A DNA stretch of 64,000 nucleotides from Candidatus Cryptobacteroides sp. (GTDB lineage Bacteria; Bacteroidota; Bacteroidia; Bacteroidales; UBA932): the NCBI GenBank assembly GCA_045133255.1, contig JBGUTV010000045.1, positions 11,981 through 75,980 on the forward strand, given 5' to 3'. The notes below the pieces were generated by a model. It was given only the letters and a program-made list of their open reading frames with translations, ran no database searches and had not been told where the DNA came from. Every line of letters begins with the position of its first letter. The stretch's first letter is position 1. Both the position numbers and the translations under genes were made by a program. This document shows positions 49,607-59,100 of the stretch, one piece after another.

Positions 49607-52600
49607 TGAACGTCAGGACTTTTATCGACCGCCCGATCCTTTCCGGAGTAATTTCGGTGATTGTACTCCTCGTGGGTCTGATCGGTCTATCACAGCTGCC
49701 TATCGAGCAGTTCCCTGAAATCGCACCTCCGACAGTCAGCGTATCTGCAGCTTACGCAGGAGCTAACGCCGAGACAGTGCAGAAGAGTGTGCTTGTACCA
49801 TTGGAGGAAGCCATAAACGGTGTCGAGGACATGATGTATATGGTGTCTTCAGCGACAAACAGCGGCTCGGCCAGCATCCAGATATATTTCCGCCAAGGCA
49901 CTGACGGTGACATGGCGATGGTCAATGTACAGAACCGTATCGCATCGGCACAGAGCCTTCTCCCCGGAGAGGTGACCCGAAGCGGTGTGACAGTGCGCAA
50001 GCGCCAGACAAGCCGAATCAAGTCACTTGCAGTCTACAGTCCGGACAACTCATTCGACAGAAAGTTCATCACCAACTACCTGAAGATCAACATCGAACCG
50101 CGCCTCTCACGCGTTACCGGTGTAGGTGAGGTGGATGTACGAGGCGGAGACTATTCTCTCCGTATCTGGCTCGACCCAGGCAAGATGGCGAAATACAATC
50201 TCGTACCGAAAGACATCTCTGCCGTCCTTGCGGAACAGAACATGGAGGCACCGACCGGAACCCTCGGAGCAGAGTCAGATAACACATTCAGATATGTTCT
50301 CAAATATCGTGGCCGCTACGAAAACGTGGTCGACTACGAGAATATGGTCATCCGAGCAGAAAGCGACGGTACTGTGCTCAGGCTCAAGGATGTAGCATCA
50401 ATCGAACTCGGAGAAAGATCATATGATTATGTGGGCATGGTGAACGGCCATCCGGGCTCTACCATCAGCATTTCACAGACTTCAGGCTCCAACGCAAACG
50501 AGATCATCACCCAGATAGACAAGGTGGTTGAAGAAATCCGCGCCGACCTTCCTAAGGGACTGGAAATCGTGGACCTGATGAGTACCAAGGACTTCCTTGA
50601 CGCATCCATCAAGAATGTGATCAAGACACTCTTCGAGGCGATTCTCCTTGTGATCCTGGTCGTATTCATCTTCCTTCAGAGCTTCAGGTCAACCATCATC
50701 CCTACCATTTCGATCATTGTATCCCTCGTAGGAACATTCGCCTTCCTGATGGTGGCAGGATTCAGTCTGAACATGATTACGCTGTTTGCCCTCGTGCTCG
50801 TGATCGGAACCGTAGTGGACGACTCCATCGTCGTGGTAGAGGCCGTGCAGGCAAAATTCGATGCCGGCTACAGATCCCCTTACAAAGCCACGGTCGATGC
50901 AATGGGCGGCATCACATCTGCCCTCGTCGCTACAACCTTCGTATTCATGGCTGTGTTCATCCCCGTGAGCTTCATGGGAGGAACAACCGGTACATTCTAC
51001 ACACAGTTCGGTCTTACAATGGCCGTAGCGGTAGGTATATCCCTTCTTAACTCACTGACCACATCACCAGCCCTGTGTGCATTGATAATGACACCTCATG
51101 CTGATGTCAGCTCAGGAGAGAAGGCTTCATTCTCTACAAGATTCCACCACGCCTTCGACGCCGCATTCAGCAGGATTGTGAGCAAATACAAGCACGTGGT
51201 CCTCTTCATGTTCAAGCGTAAATGGCTGACTGTCATCCTGCTTGTAATCGCCTGCGGTGGTCTGGTCTATCTGATGAACACCACCAAGACAGGTCTCGTG
51301 CCTAAGGAGGACATGGGTTCCATCAACATGGATGTCCGCACTCCTCCGGGAACAAACATTGCGGAAACAGACAAGGTACTTGCTGAAATCGACAGAAGAA
51401 TCAGCAGTATCCCCCAGATAAAGGCTTATTCAAGAACCACCGGATGGGGAATGATGTTCGGCCAGGGTTCTTCTACGGGTAACTTCATGATCAGACTGAA
51501 GGACTGGAATGAACGAACCGGCAAAGAAGACGACATTGACTCGATAATTGAGGAAATGTACGCAAGGACTGCCGACATCACTTCTGCCGACATCATGATC
51601 TACACCAGAGGTATGATTCCGGGATATGGAGCCAGCTCAGGTTTCGAGATCTATGTACAGGACCAGAAGGGCGGCAAGCTTGAGGATCTTCACAGGATCA
51701 CCAATGACTTCATCATAGAGCTCAACAAGAGACCGGAAGTGGGTCGTGCAAAGACATCTTTCGACACCAAATATCCTATGTATCTTGTGGAAGTGGATGC
51801 TGCGCAGTGCAAGCGAAACGGAACCTCTCCCGGTGATGTGCTTGATGTACTTGCAGGATATGTGGGAGGAAGCTATGCTTCGAACATGAACAGATTCTCG
51901 AAGCTCTACCGAGTGATGCTTCAGGCCGCTCCGGAGTTCCGTCTCGACACAAAGTCGCTTCAGAACATGTTCGTAAGGACTTCCAGCGGTGAGATGTCCC
52001 CTATCAATCAGTATATCAGGCTCACACGTATCTACGGCCCTCAGTCAATCTCGCGCTTCAACCTCTTCACAGCTATCTCCATCAACGGTCAGGCAGCTGA
52101 CGGCTACAGTTCCGGCCAGGCTATCCAGGCCGTACGCGAGGTGGCAAAGAAGGTACTCCCTGCCGGATATGGCTACGAGTTCGGTGGAATGTCACGCGAG
52201 GAGGCCAACACAGGAAATTCAGTAGCTGTGATTTTCGCAATCTGCGTGATCTTCATCTATCTGATTCTGTGTGCCCTCTACGAAAGCATATTCATCCCGA
52301 TCGTGATCATCCTTTCTGTGCCGTTCGGACTTGCAGGCAGCTTCCTTTTCGCTAGAATGTTCGGACTGGAGAACAACATCTATCTCCAGATCGGTCTCCT
52401 GATGCTTATCGGACTCCTTGCTAAGACAGCGATCCTCCTTACCGAGTACGCATCCCAGAAAAGGGCAGAAGGCATGACAATCACAATGGCGGCAATGGCG
52501 GCAGCCAAGGCCCGTCTGCGTCCGATCCTCATGACATCGCTCACCATGATCTTCGGTATGCTTCCGCTCATGTTTGCCAGCGGAGTAGGTGCAAACGGTA

Positions 52601-52761
52601 ATATTTCCATCGGCGTAGGAACCGTCGGAGGTATGCTTATCGGAACCCTTGCCCTCATAGTAATCGTTCCTGCCCTGTTCATCGTGTTCCAGTACATCGA
52701 GGAGAAGGTCATGCCGAACAGAAGAAAGGAAATCGAAGAGACTGAAACATTAAGCGAATGA
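49606..52761 (+). CDS. RND efflux permease (HAE1/AcrB family)
   Basis: FIDRPI, LPIEQFPEIAPP, IGTVVDDSIVVVE, RLRPILMT. Confidence 0.95.
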   Translation: MNVRTFIDRPILSGVISVIVLLVGLIGLSQLPIEQFPEIAPPTVSVSAAYAGANAETVQKSVLVPLEEAINGVEDMMYMVSSATNSGSASIQIYFRQGTDGDMAMVNVQNRIASAQSLLPGEVTRSGVTVRKRQTSRIKSLAVYSPDNSFDRKFITNYLKINIEPRLSRVTGVGEVDVRGGDYSLRIWLDPGKMAKYNLVPKDISAVLAEQNMEAPTGTLGAESDNTFRYVLKYRGRYENVVDYENMVIRAESDGTVLRLKDVASIELGERSYDYVGMVNGHPGSTISISQTSGSNANEIITQIDKVVEEIRADLPKGLEIVDLMSTKDFLDASIKNVIKTLFEAILLVILVVFIFLQSFRSTIIPTISIIVSLVGTFAFLMVAGFSLNMITLFALVLVIGTVVDDSIVVVEAVQAKFDAGYRSPYKATVDAMGGITSALVATTFVFMAVFIPVSFMGGTTGTFYTQFGLTMAVAVGISLLNSLTTSPALCALIMTPHADVSSGEKASFSTRFHHAFDAAFSRIVSKYKHVVLFMFKRKWLTVILLVIACGGLVYLMNTTKTGLVPKEDMGSINMDVRTPPGTNIAETDKVLAEIDRRISSIPQIKAYSRTTGWGMMFGQGSSTGNFMIRLKDWNERTGKEDDIDSIIEEMYARTADITSADIMIYTRGMIPGYGASSGFEIYVQDQKGGKLEDLHRITNDFIIELNKRPEVGRAKTSFDTKYPMYLVEVDAAQCKRNGTSPGDVLDVLAGYVGGSYASNMNRFSKLYRVMLQAAPEFRLDTKSLQNMFVRTSSGEMSPINQYIRLTRIYGPQSISRFNLFTAISINGQAADGYSSGQAIQAVREVAKKVLPAGYGYEFGGMSREEANTGNSVAVIFAICVIFIYLILCALYESIFIPIVIILSVPFGLAGSFLFARMFGLENNIYLQIGLLMLIGLLAKTAILLTEYASQKRAEGMTITMAAMAAAKARLRPILMTSLTMIFGMLPLMFASGVGANGNISIGVGTVGGMLIGTLALIVIVPALFIVFQYIEEKVMPNRRKEIEETETLSE

Positions 52762-54101
52762 CTATGAAGAAGATAATATTGATTGCCTCAGCCATCCTAT
52801 CCTTGAGCAGCTGCGGCCTGTATACAAAATACGAACGTCCGGATGTAAGCTTCACGGACAGTCTGTACAGAAGGGTTTCAGATGCGGATGACACGACTTC
52901 GCTTGCGACCCTGAACTGGGATGAGCTGTTCACAGATCCTGAGCTTCAGAGATGGATCAGAATCGGCATAGAGAACAACACGGACCTCAATCTAGCAAGA
53001 TTCAAGGTACAGGAGGCACAGGCTGCATTGTTGTCAGCGAAAGGAGCTCTCCTGCCAGGCGTTTCCGCTTCAGTACAAGGAGGCACACCCGGAACCGTCA
53101 CTGCAGAATTCGATGTTTCCTGGGAGGCGGACATCTTCGGCAGACATAGGAATGCAAAGAAAGCTGCCGCTGCAGCTCTCGAGCAGAGCGAAGCCTACAC
53201 TCAGGCTGTGCAGACCCAGCTGATTGCAACCATAGCAGGAAGCTACTATTCTCTCCTGATGCTCGACCAGCAGCTGAGCGTAAGCCTCAGGACCCTGGAC
53301 AACTGGGAAGAGAACATCAGAACGATGGAAGCATTGAAAAGAGCCGGCAAGACCAATGAGGCTGCTGTTCTTCAGGCCAAATCGAACAAACTGAACGTAG
53401 AGGCTTCTGTTCTCAATCTCCGCAAACAGATTGTTGAAATGGAGAACTCGTTCGCTGTCCTCCTTGGAATTGTCCCTATGGGCATCATGAGAGGAAGAAT
53501 AGAGGACCAGGTGTTCCCTTCTGAGCTGTCTGAAGGAATTCCTGCACACCTGCTTTCGAGAAGGCCTGACGTAAGACAGGCAGAGCAGGCTCTCGTCGAG
53601 AAGTTCTATATGACCAATTCGGCACGCGCGGCATTCTACCCTAACCTGAGCCTCAGCGGAAGCCTCGGATGGACGAACGGAAACGGTGCAATGGTAGTCG
53701 ATCCTGCAGGAATCATTGCAGGTGTCATCGGCTCGCTTGTTCAGCCGGTCTTTGCAAAGAACGCCAACAAGGCCCGTCTTGAAGCGTCAAAGGCTCAGCA
53801 GGAAGCTGCTGCATACAAGTTCCGCCAGACCATTCTTGATGCCGGAGTCGAAGTGAATGACGCTCTGGTAAACTGGGAGACTGCAAGAGAAAGACTTGAT
53901 ATCCATCGCAAGCAGGTTGTACATCTTCAGGCTGCAGTATGGAACATCAAGCTCCTGATGAAGCACGGCGCAGCAAGCTACCTTGAGGTACTCACTGCCC
54001 AGCAGAACCTTCTTCAGGCCGAGCTCAATGAGGTCACCGACAGATACGAAGAGATTCAGGGCGTCATCAGCCTCTACCACGCTCTCGGCGGCGGTTACTG
54101 A
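52758..54101 (+). CDS. TolC/OprM-family outer-membrane efflux lipoprotein
   Basis: LSSC lipobox; WEADIFG, LLSRRPDVRQAE, SYLEVLTAQ, LYHALGGG. Confidence 0.93.
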   Translation: MTMKKIILIASAILSLSSCGLYTKYERPDVSFTDSLYRRVSDADDTTSLATLNWDELFTDPELQRWIRIGIENNTDLNLARFKVQEAQAALLSAKGALLPGVSASVQGGTPGTVTAEFDVSWEADIFGRHRNAKKAAAAALEQSEAYTQAVQTQLIATIAGSYYSLLMLDQQLSVSLRTLDNWEENIRTMEALKRAGKTNEAAVLQAKSNKLNVEASVLNLRKQIVEMENSFAVLLGIVPMGIMRGRIEDQVFPSELSEGIPAHLLSRRPDVRQAEQALVEKFYMTNSARAAFYPNLSLSGSLGWTNGNGAMVVDPAGIIAGVIGSLVQPVFAKNANKARLEASKAQQEAAAYKFRQTILDAGVEVNDALVNWETARERLDIHRKQVVHLQAAVWNIKLLMKHGAASYLEVLTAQQNLLQAELNEVTDRYEEIQGVISLYHALGGGY

Positions 54102-54114
54102 TCTCTGACCTGAA

Positions 54115-56535
54115 CTAAATAAAAAGCGATGCGATGTTGAAGGTGATGAAGGCAGCCACCCATGCCAGGATTATTGTGTAGACTGCCGTGAGGATGGCCC
54201 ATTTCCAGCCGCCGCCTTCCTGCTTGATGGCGATGAAGGTTGCGATGCAAGGGAAATAGAGAAGGATGAAGACCATATAGGCCAAGGCACCTGCCGGGGT
54301 CACGGACTTGACAAGAGCCTTCTGCAGACGTGTTTCCGCAACCTGCTCCGATGCAGACTCAACAGATGAATCACCCACAGATTCCGGAGCCACGGTTACC
54401 GGCTGGTCATCTGCATACATCACTCCGAGAGTGCTGACTACAAGCTCTTTGGCTGCCACTCCGGATACGATTCCCACTCCCATCTTCCAGTCAAATCCTA
54501 GAGGTTTGAGCACAGGCTCCATGGCCTTGCCGATATATCCGATGAACGAATGCTCCTGCTGTTCCTGGACGGTGTCGTAGGCATTGTGATTAGGGAAATA
54601 GCCGAGGAACCAGATGATCATAGAGCAGACCAGAATGATTCCGCTCATCTTCTGGAGATACTGACGGCCCTTTTCCCAGGTATGTCTGAATATTGATTTT
54701 GCAGTAGGTATACGATATGGAGGAAGTTCCATAACGAACGGAAGGTCATCCTCCTTGAAGAATGCACTCATGATCTTTGCAGCCACAATCGCAAGCAGGA
54801 TTCCAAGTGCATAAAGTCCCAGAAGCACCAGACCGGCATTCTTAGGGAAAAAGGCACCGGCTATAAGTATATAGACAGGCATTCTTCCTGCACATGACAT
54901 CAATGGAATGATGAGCATCGTGATCAGACGGCTCTTCCTGTTCTCAATGGTCCTGGTAGCCATCACAGCCGGCACATTGCAGCCGAATCCCATGATCATA
55001 GGGATGAACGATTTGCCGTGCAGACCTATCTTATGCATCAGGCGGTCCATGATGAAGGCTGCTCGCGCCATATATCCGGAATCCTCCAGAAGCGATATGA
55101 ACAGATACAGGAGCAGAATGTTCGGAAGGAAGACCAGCACGCTTCCCACACCTCCGATGATTCCATCCACCACCAGGTCCTTCAGCCAGCCGTCCTGCAT
55201 GACAGAGGCGACAAATGACCCGAATGTAGAAACAAGCCACTCGATCCACCTCATAGGATATTCACCCAGGACAAAGGTTCCGTCAAAGACCAGATACAAT
55301 ATGATGAAGAACAACGGAAAAGCAGCCCATCTGTTGGTAACGAAGGCATCTATCTTCTCTGTGACCGTGTTCCTGCGTCTCTTGCCCTGATAAGGCTCCC
55401 AGGTCTCGGCAAGGGCACCCTGGACAAAGGCATACTTCGCATCAATCATTGCTGAGCTGATGCTGGAATTAAGAATCTCCTTGATGCGGTTCTGCTCGCG
55501 GAAACGTACGGATATGATCTCGTCGCGGTTAGGAAGAGCCTCTACGACACCGTCAATCTCCTTGTCATCTTCAAGATATTTGATGGAAAGGTAACGCGTC
55601 GAATACTTATATCTGATGTCCGTATTCTTCTTGAGAAGGTCCTTTATTGCACGGATGCTCTGCTCCAGTTCCGAGCCATGGTTGATGTGGATGTGTCTTG
55701 CAAGATGCGGATCCTGATTCTCATAAATTTGGATGACCTTGTCGAAAAGGTCGTTGATTCCCTCTCCTGTCCTGCTGACCGTAGGCACGATCGGCATTCC
55801 GAGAAGATATCCCAACTGCTTTATATCCAGCTTGTCCCCCTTGGCAGTCAGCTCGTCATACATATTCAGAGCCATCACTACACGAAGGTCCATATCGATA
55901 ACCTGAGTGGTCAGATAGAGGTTTCTCTGCAGATTGGATGCGTCCACGACATTGACGACCACATCCGGAGTGTCTTCGACAAGATTCTTCCGGACATACA
56001 GTTCTTCCGGACTATAGGCAGACAGCGAATATGTTCCAGGAAGGTCAATGATTCTGAAATGATATCCTCCATATTCGAAAAGGCCCTCCTTGGCATCGAC
56101 CGTAACGCCGCTGTAGTTACCGACATGTTCGTGGCTGCCGGAGGCCATATTGAAGAGAGATGTCTTTCCGCAGTTCGGATTGCCAACCAGAGCAACACGA
56201 ATCTCCTTTCTTCTCTCAGCAGCAAGAGATGTCATCTCCCTTTCAAGGTATTCATCATCAGTCTCAAGAGCAGGTAGGGCCTCGCGTTCCGTCAGGAGCT
56301 TCTTCGCCTCGCTCTCACTGATGACCTCAATGTTTGAAGCCTCGGCACGACGCAGGGAAATCTTGTATCCGATGATCTCATATTCAATGGGATCCCTCAG
56401 AGGAGCATTAAGGATAACCTTGACCTTATTGCCTCTGACAAAGCCCATTTCCCTGATTCTTCTTCGGAAACCTCCGTGACCAGAGACCTTTACGATCACG
56501 CCACGCTCACCTGTACCTAACTCTGAAAGCTTCAT
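54115..56535 (-). CDS. feoB: Ferrous iron transporter B with N-terminal FeoA domain
   Basis: N-terminal FeoA (RRRIREMG..APLRDPI..SLRR); GNPNCGKT, NYSGVTV, DLPGTYSL, GFGCNVPA, LLYFPC. Confidence 0.96.
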   Translation of the reverse strand: MKLSELGTGERGVIVKVSGHGGFRRRIREMGFVRGNKVKVILNAPLRDPIEYEIIGYKISLRRAEASNIEVISESEAKKLLTEREALPALETDDEYLEREMTSLAAERRKEIRVALVGNPNCGKTSLFNMASGSHEHVGNYSGVTVDAKEGLFEYGGYHFRIIDLPGTYSLSAYSPEELYVRKNLVEDTPDVVVNVVDASNLQRNLYLTTQVIDMDLRVVMALNMYDELTAKGDKLDIKQLGYLLGMPIVPTVSRTGEGINDLFDKVIQIYENQDPHLARHIHINHGSELEQSIRAIKDLLKKNTDIRYKYSTRYLSIKYLEDDKEIDGVVEALPNRDEIISVRFREQNRIKEILNSSISSAMIDAKYAFVQGALAETWEPYQGKRRRNTVTEKIDAFVTNRWAAFPLFFIILYLVFDGTFVLGEYPMRWIEWLVSTFGSFVASVMQDGWLKDLVVDGIIGGVGSVLVFLPNILLLYLFISLLEDSGYMARAAFIMDRLMHKIGLHGKSFIPMIMGFGCNVPAVMATRTIENRKSRLITMLIIPLMSCAGRMPVYILIAGAFFPKNAGLVLLGLYALGILLAIVAAKIMSAFFKEDDLPFVMELPPYRIPTAKSIFRHTWEKGRQYLQKMSGIILVCSMIIWFLGYFPNHNAYDTVQEQQEHSFIGYIGKAMEPVLKPLGFDWKMGVGIVSGVAAKELVVSTLGVMYADDQPVTVAPESVGDSSVESASEQVAETRLQKALVKSVTPAGALAYMVFILLYFPCIATFIAIKQEGGGWKWAILTAVYTIILAWVAAFITFNIASLFI

Positions 56536-56555
56536 ATCCTACAAATATACGAAAT

Positions 56556-57020
56556 TCACTTGGAAAAAGGATGGAGACTTAGCATTGAATTATAATAACG
56601 AGGATCTCCTGTCACTTCCTCTCCAAGCCAGGATGGCTTTTCAAAAGTCTCCTGCTCTTCAGCAAGTTCTATTTCTGCAAGTACCAGGCCCTCATTGGCA
56701 CCATGAAACACGTCAACTTCATAGGTATGCCTGCCGAACGGCACAAGATAGCGTGTCTTGTCTATGACACCGGAGCCGCACAAAGCCATAAGTTCGACAG
56801 CCTCGGAAGCAGGTATCTCCTTCTCCCATTCATATCTGCTCAGCCCGTCCGCGCTGCTCCTTCCCTTGATGGTCAGAAATCCTTTATCCCCTCTGACACG
56901 CACGCGCACCGTCCTGTCCGGGTCAGCACAGATATACCCCTGCATTATACGGTAAGATTCCGGCGAATCCTGTCTGAATTCGCCGGAAACCAGAAACTTA
57001 CGTTCAATTTCCTTTGCCAT
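56556..57020 (-). CDS. CYTH-domain protein
   Basis: EIERKFLV, QGY, VRVR, LTIKG, RYEWE, KTRY, EVDVF, AEIEL, WLGEEVTGDPRYYN. Confidence 0.92.
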   Translation of the reverse strand: MAKEIERKFLVSGEFRQDSPESYRIMQGYICADPDRTVRVRVRGDKGFLTIKGRSSADGLSRYEWEKEIPASEAVELMALCGSGVIDKTRYLVPFGRHTYEVDVFHGANEGLVLAEIELAEEQETFEKPSWLGEEVTGDPRYYNSMLSLHPFSK

Positions 57021-57023
57021 ATC

Positions 57024-58433
57024 CTAGAGAACGGCTCCCAAGTCCTTGAGAGTTGCAACAAGCTTGGCTGTATCTATTTCCTGGACCGGCTTGCCTTCTG
57101 CAATACTCTGGGCCGCTGCGACTCCAGCTGCCTGACCGGTGCCCATACAGCTTGCCATCACACGAAGCGAGGCAAGTGCCGGCCGGTCTGTCGATATGCA
57201 TCGTCCCGCCACAAGAAGGTTAGGGAAATCTGGAGCTATGAGGGCACGATATGGAACATACGCAGGCTTGGTAAGATCGATTCTTGTCTGGCTTGTTCCC
57301 TTGCTTGCGTGTATGTCGATAGGATGAATGCCTCTTGAAATGCTGTCCTCATACTGATATGCCTCGACATATTCTTCACCTGTGACAGTATGGACTCCCA
57401 CTATACGTCTTGACTCACGGATTCCGGCCTGAGGAGCTGTAGATGAAACGTAGCAGTCCTTGAATTCAGGGAAGGTCTCCTTGAGTACCTGGGTAAACTT
57501 AAAGATATCCTCACGAAGCTGGCACTCTACCGAACTGAAGTTACGGTTGTCTGTCGAATCCGCTGCCCTGCGGGTCATATTCACCGCCACGCTGCCCTTG
57601 TGCATCACATTGTTGAACCACGGACCTCCGAAGTCAGGAAGATCCACACCAGCCTCCTTCATTGCAAGAAGCTTCTCGCGCACTGGCTTGCACTGGCTCG
57701 GGCCGTTGATTCCGTTGTGGTACATACACTTGTTGAGAAGTTCGCTGTCTGTGTCGACACCTGAAAGTATGAAACAGAATGACGACGGCTGAACCTCTCC
57801 GTCTGGATTCGGCTGCATAGGGACATTTGCCATATAGGCAAGGTCTGCATCACCGGTGCAGTCAATGAACACTTTGGAAGTAAGGGCTTCGAGGCCGTTC
57901 TTGTTTTCGATGATGACAGTATCGATGGAATTGCCCTTCATTTCGCAGCCAACCATAGCCGAATGTGTGTAGATATCCACTCCGGCCTCCAGAATCATCC
58001 TCTGGCAGCAGAGCTTGTAAAGCTCTATGTCAAAGTCGATATTTGCCTTAGGCCATTCGATGAATGCGCCACCCATTCCTTCAAGTCTCTTGACGAACTC
58101 CCATGGAATACCTCCGATGACAAGTTCATTCTTAAGCGCGAAGACACTGATAGGAGCCACATATCCTATTGTAGCCATTCCACCGAAAAAGCCGTATCTC
58201 TCAATGATTGCTGTCTTTGCACCCTGACGTGCCGCAGCAACGGCTGCAATGAATCCTGCAGGACCACCACCCACTACGACAACATCGTATTCTCCAACAA
58301 CGGGAGCAATGCGTCTGATCTTCTTTGCTTCCTCATCAGTCACAGCACATGATGAAAGAATAGATGGTGAGGCAGCCATGACCGCCAGACCTGCAACAGC
58401 CTTTTTAAGGAAAAGTCTTCTGTCTGTACCCAT
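57024..58433 (-). CDS. FAD-dependent oxidoreductase with twin-arginine lipoprotein signal
   Basis: DRRLFLK...LSSC; VVVVGGGPAG, IDCTGDAD, GIRESRRI, VPYRALI, NLLVAGRC, GQAAG. Confidence 0.88.
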   Translation of the reverse strand: MGTDRRLFLKKAVAGLAVMAASPSILSSCAVTDEEAKKIRRIAPVVGEYDVVVVGGGPAGFIAAVAAARQGAKTAIIERYGFFGGMATIGYVAPISVFALKNELVIGGIPWEFVKRLEGMGGAFIEWPKANIDFDIELYKLCCQRMILEAGVDIYTHSAMVGCEMKGNSIDTVIIENKNGLEALTSKVFIDCTGDADLAYMANVPMQPNPDGEVQPSSFCFILSGVDTDSELLNKCMYHNGINGPSQCKPVREKLLAMKEAGVDLPDFGGPWFNNVMHKGSVAVNMTRRAADSTDNRNFSSVECQLREDIFKFTQVLKETFPEFKDCYVSSTAPQAGIRESRRIVGVHTVTGEEYVEAYQYEDSISRGIHPIDIHASKGTSQTRIDLTKPAYVPYRALIAPDFPNLLVAGRCISTDRPALASLRVMASCMGTGQAAGVAAAQSIAEGKPVQEIDTAKLVATLKDLGAVL

Positions 58434-58437
58434 ATCT

Positions 58438-59022
58438 TTATAGTTTTTTTAAATTTTCTGCGATTGCCGAATATATGCCCGGCTTTATCTTATAGTTTAC
58501 ATTTGCGGCATAGCACTCCTGCTGCGCTTTCTGGAACTCCCGCCTTGCCGCTTCCATCAGGTCATATGTCTTTGCCACATAATTGCCGATGCGATGACTT
58601 TCAAGCTTGAATCCGGCCCTCTTTCGAAGGTCCTTAAGGGCGCGTCGTCGGGCGAAAACGCCTGAATTCTGCCATATTTCGAAAATATCTTTAGCATAGA
58701 GATGGAGACTTTCTGCAGAAGCCGCCTTGAACCTGGCCTCATTCAACGCATCCTCGTAAGACTTCAGATGCTGAGCAGCCTCTTCCTTCAACGCAGCCTC
58801 ATCATATGCCTCATCCAGATCAGGAGAATACGCCTCCTTGAATTTAAGAGACCATTCCTTAAGGGTCTCGACGCTGCATGAATCAGACAGAATCATGTCA
58901 AGGATATCATAAGCCCTGACCTGAGCCTCAAGAGTAAAGCTACGTGTATGTGTCACCAACCGCATATCCTCAATGCACGTGGACGCCAATTCATCAAAAG
59001 ACACCGCCAGACAAGTCTTCAT
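58438..59022 (-). CDS. Hypothetical alpha-helical protein
   Basis: 194-aa ORF filling the gap, 4 nt from the next gene, with a -7 box upstream; no motif recognised. Confidence 0.7.
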   Translation of the reverse strand: MKTCLAVSFDELASTCIEDMRLVTHTRSFTLEAQVRAYDILDMILSDSCSVETLKEWSLKFKEAYSPDLDEAYDEAALKEEAAQHLKSYEDALNEARFKAASAESLHLYAKDIFEIWQNSGVFARRRALKDLRKRAGFKLESHRIGNYVAKTYDLMEAARREFQKAQQECYAANVNYKIKPGIYSAIAENLKKL

Positions 59023-59043
59023 ATCTCATTCGTTAAACCTATG

Positions 59044-59071
59044 CAAACTTAGCAAATTTTATGTACATTTG
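59044..59071. promoter_or_regulatory. Back-to-back -7 boxes (hypothetical operon / GH92 operon)
   Basis: TAAGTTTG on minus (59044-59051) and TACATTTG on plus (59064-59071). Confidence 0.65.
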
Positions 59072-59100
59072 TATGATTCAGTTCTGAAAAAGCATACGAC

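Noticed and set aside
48491-54101. RND pump as an acquired resistance element
   Set aside because: No mobility genes or obvious composition shift; it looks like an ordinary chromosomal tripartite pump.
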